Source: Chthoniobacteraceae bacterium
GTDB lineage: Bacteria > Verrucomicrobiota > Verrucomicrobiia > Chthoniobacterales > Chthoniobacteraceae
Assembly: GCA_037190965.1 (NCBI GenBank)
Contig: JBBCKI010000058.1
Span: forward strand, 1-26,752
Reading direction: 5' to 3'
DNA: 26,752 bases
Position numbers and translations under genes: made by a program
Shown here: positions 25,904 to 26,752 of the stretch, piece by piece
Layout: each line of letters opens with the position of its first letter
Position numbering within the stretch: the first letter of the stretch is position 1
The notes under the pieces: generated by a model
Database searches by the model: none
The model's input: only the letters and a program-made list of their open reading frames with translations
Told to the model about the DNA's origin: nothing

Positions 25904-26395
25904 ATGGAGAATATGATGCTGACTACCTATCGGTATGGTTCCCCAAGATCCCGGGACGAACTGTTACGAATCGGAGTTGCCCGCCAGGTTCCCCGAGGCG
26001 TTCGGCGCGAGGAGTGGCAGTGTCGGGGACACTTCGATGTCTGGATGCCGCTCCTGGCTCCCAGCGCGGAGCTTGTTGCGGAATACCGGCACGGAAAGAT
26101 CTCCTTCGCGAGTTTTACCAAACGCTACAAGACAGAGATGAAGTGTCGCGAAAGCCGTCAGGTGATTGAACTGCTGGCTGCGATGCTTCCTTTTCAACCG
26201 ATCAGCATAGGCTGTTATTGCGAGGATGAGACGCATTGCCACCGTTCGCTTCTGCGCGAGTTGATTGAAGAGGAAGCGAAAGCGCGGGGAATGGCTTTTG
26301 CGGCTGAGGGGAAAGAAAGCGAAGAAGCGATTCGGTATGCAAGCCCGGTCTGTTATCTGAATCAGATCAGCGAAGCAGGTTCTGAAGACGCTTGA
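25904..26395 (+). CDS. DUF488 family protein
   Basis: R.PRGVR, LAPSAEL, F..RY..EM, CYCEDETHCHRSLL. Confidence 0.85.
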   Translation: MENMMLTTYRYGSPRSRDELLRIGVARQVPRGVRREEWQCRGHFDVWMPLLAPSAELVAEYRHGKISFASFTKRYKTEMKCRESRQVIELLAAMLPFQPISIGCYCEDETHCHRSLLRELIEEEAKARGMAFAAEGKESEEAIRYASPVCYLNQISEAGSEDA

Positions 26396-26645
26396 GTATC
26401 GCCCCTCCGGGCTTTCTTTGCCCATAGAAGATAACCAATGGCAATGATGAGTCCCACGAGTCCGCAGAGATAACCGGCGTTATGGATGTGGGCAACTTGG
26501 ACGAATACTCCGGCGAAATGGAGTAGGTGATTTGATCGTGAAGAATCCCGTAAACACCTGCGATCAAAGCTCCGAGTAAAATATACCCGGTGATGAGGCC
26601 GTATTTTTGCACGATGTTTGGTTTCAAAGAACTGACTTCAGCCAT
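26362..26645 (-). pseudogene. Membrane-protein gene with out-of-frame internal deletion
   Basis: Frame A: MAEVSS...GVYGILHDQITYSISPEY. At ~26505 the protein-like sequence continues in another frame: FVQVAHIHNAGYLCGLVGLIIAIGYLLWAKKARR...* (stop 26364-26362). Confidence 0.65.
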
Positions 26646-26687
26646 CGTGGGGTTGATTGGATTTTTCCAAACTGGTGCGGGAGCACC

Positions 26688-26752
26688 GGTAGTCCGCTCG
26701 CGCTGCCGAGCGCGGGTATCGGCTCCCGTTTCTCTTTCAGGTCGCATCCCAT
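26688..26752 (-). repeat. GTAG-ended REPIN/MITE-like element, copy 4 (cut by window end)
   Basis: GGTAGTCCGCTCGCGCTGCCGAGCGCGGGTATCGGCTCCCGT...CATCCCA matches the reverse complement of the right half of copy 3; preceded by hairpin GGTGC-GGGA-GCACC (26674-26687). Confidence 0.85.

Noticed and set aside
26646..26747. N-terminal part of the 126 aa ORF 26367-26747
   Set aside because: Mostly translation of repeat copy 4; the plausible start is ATG 26645.

Overview
GC-rich bacterial chromosomal segment, probably Verrucomicrobiota (inferred from gene style, not proven). The backbone is housekeeping and metabolic: ABC ATPase, folE2, two Gfo/Idh/MocA oxidoreductases with a divergent AraC regulator, a SAM methyltransferase, an orphan Fe3+-type ABC permease, gatB, a DMT protein, recF, a PqaA-family hydrolase, rfbB-rfbD, rsfS-nadD, a divergent namZ/nagZ pair and a MarR-CLC-DUF488 operon. 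The best novelty candidate is an AT-richer ~4.4 kb island (about 11973-16350) between recF and pqaA encoding three co-oriented exported proteins. These are (1) a DUF6531-like/YD-repeat protein lacking the RHS core and toxin tip, (2) a PKD + Big_2 protein with an unrecognised C-terminal domain, and (3) a small possible lipoprotein. Together they look like a split RHS carrier/cargo/immunity module (inference). The intergenic DNA carries three families of REP/REPIN-like palindromic elements, including four copies of a ~147 bp GTAG-ended element. The window also has a CLC protein with a non-canonical selectivity filter and a pseudogene made by an out-of-frame internal deletion. No rRNA, tRNA, CRISPR array, integrase or transposase was seen.
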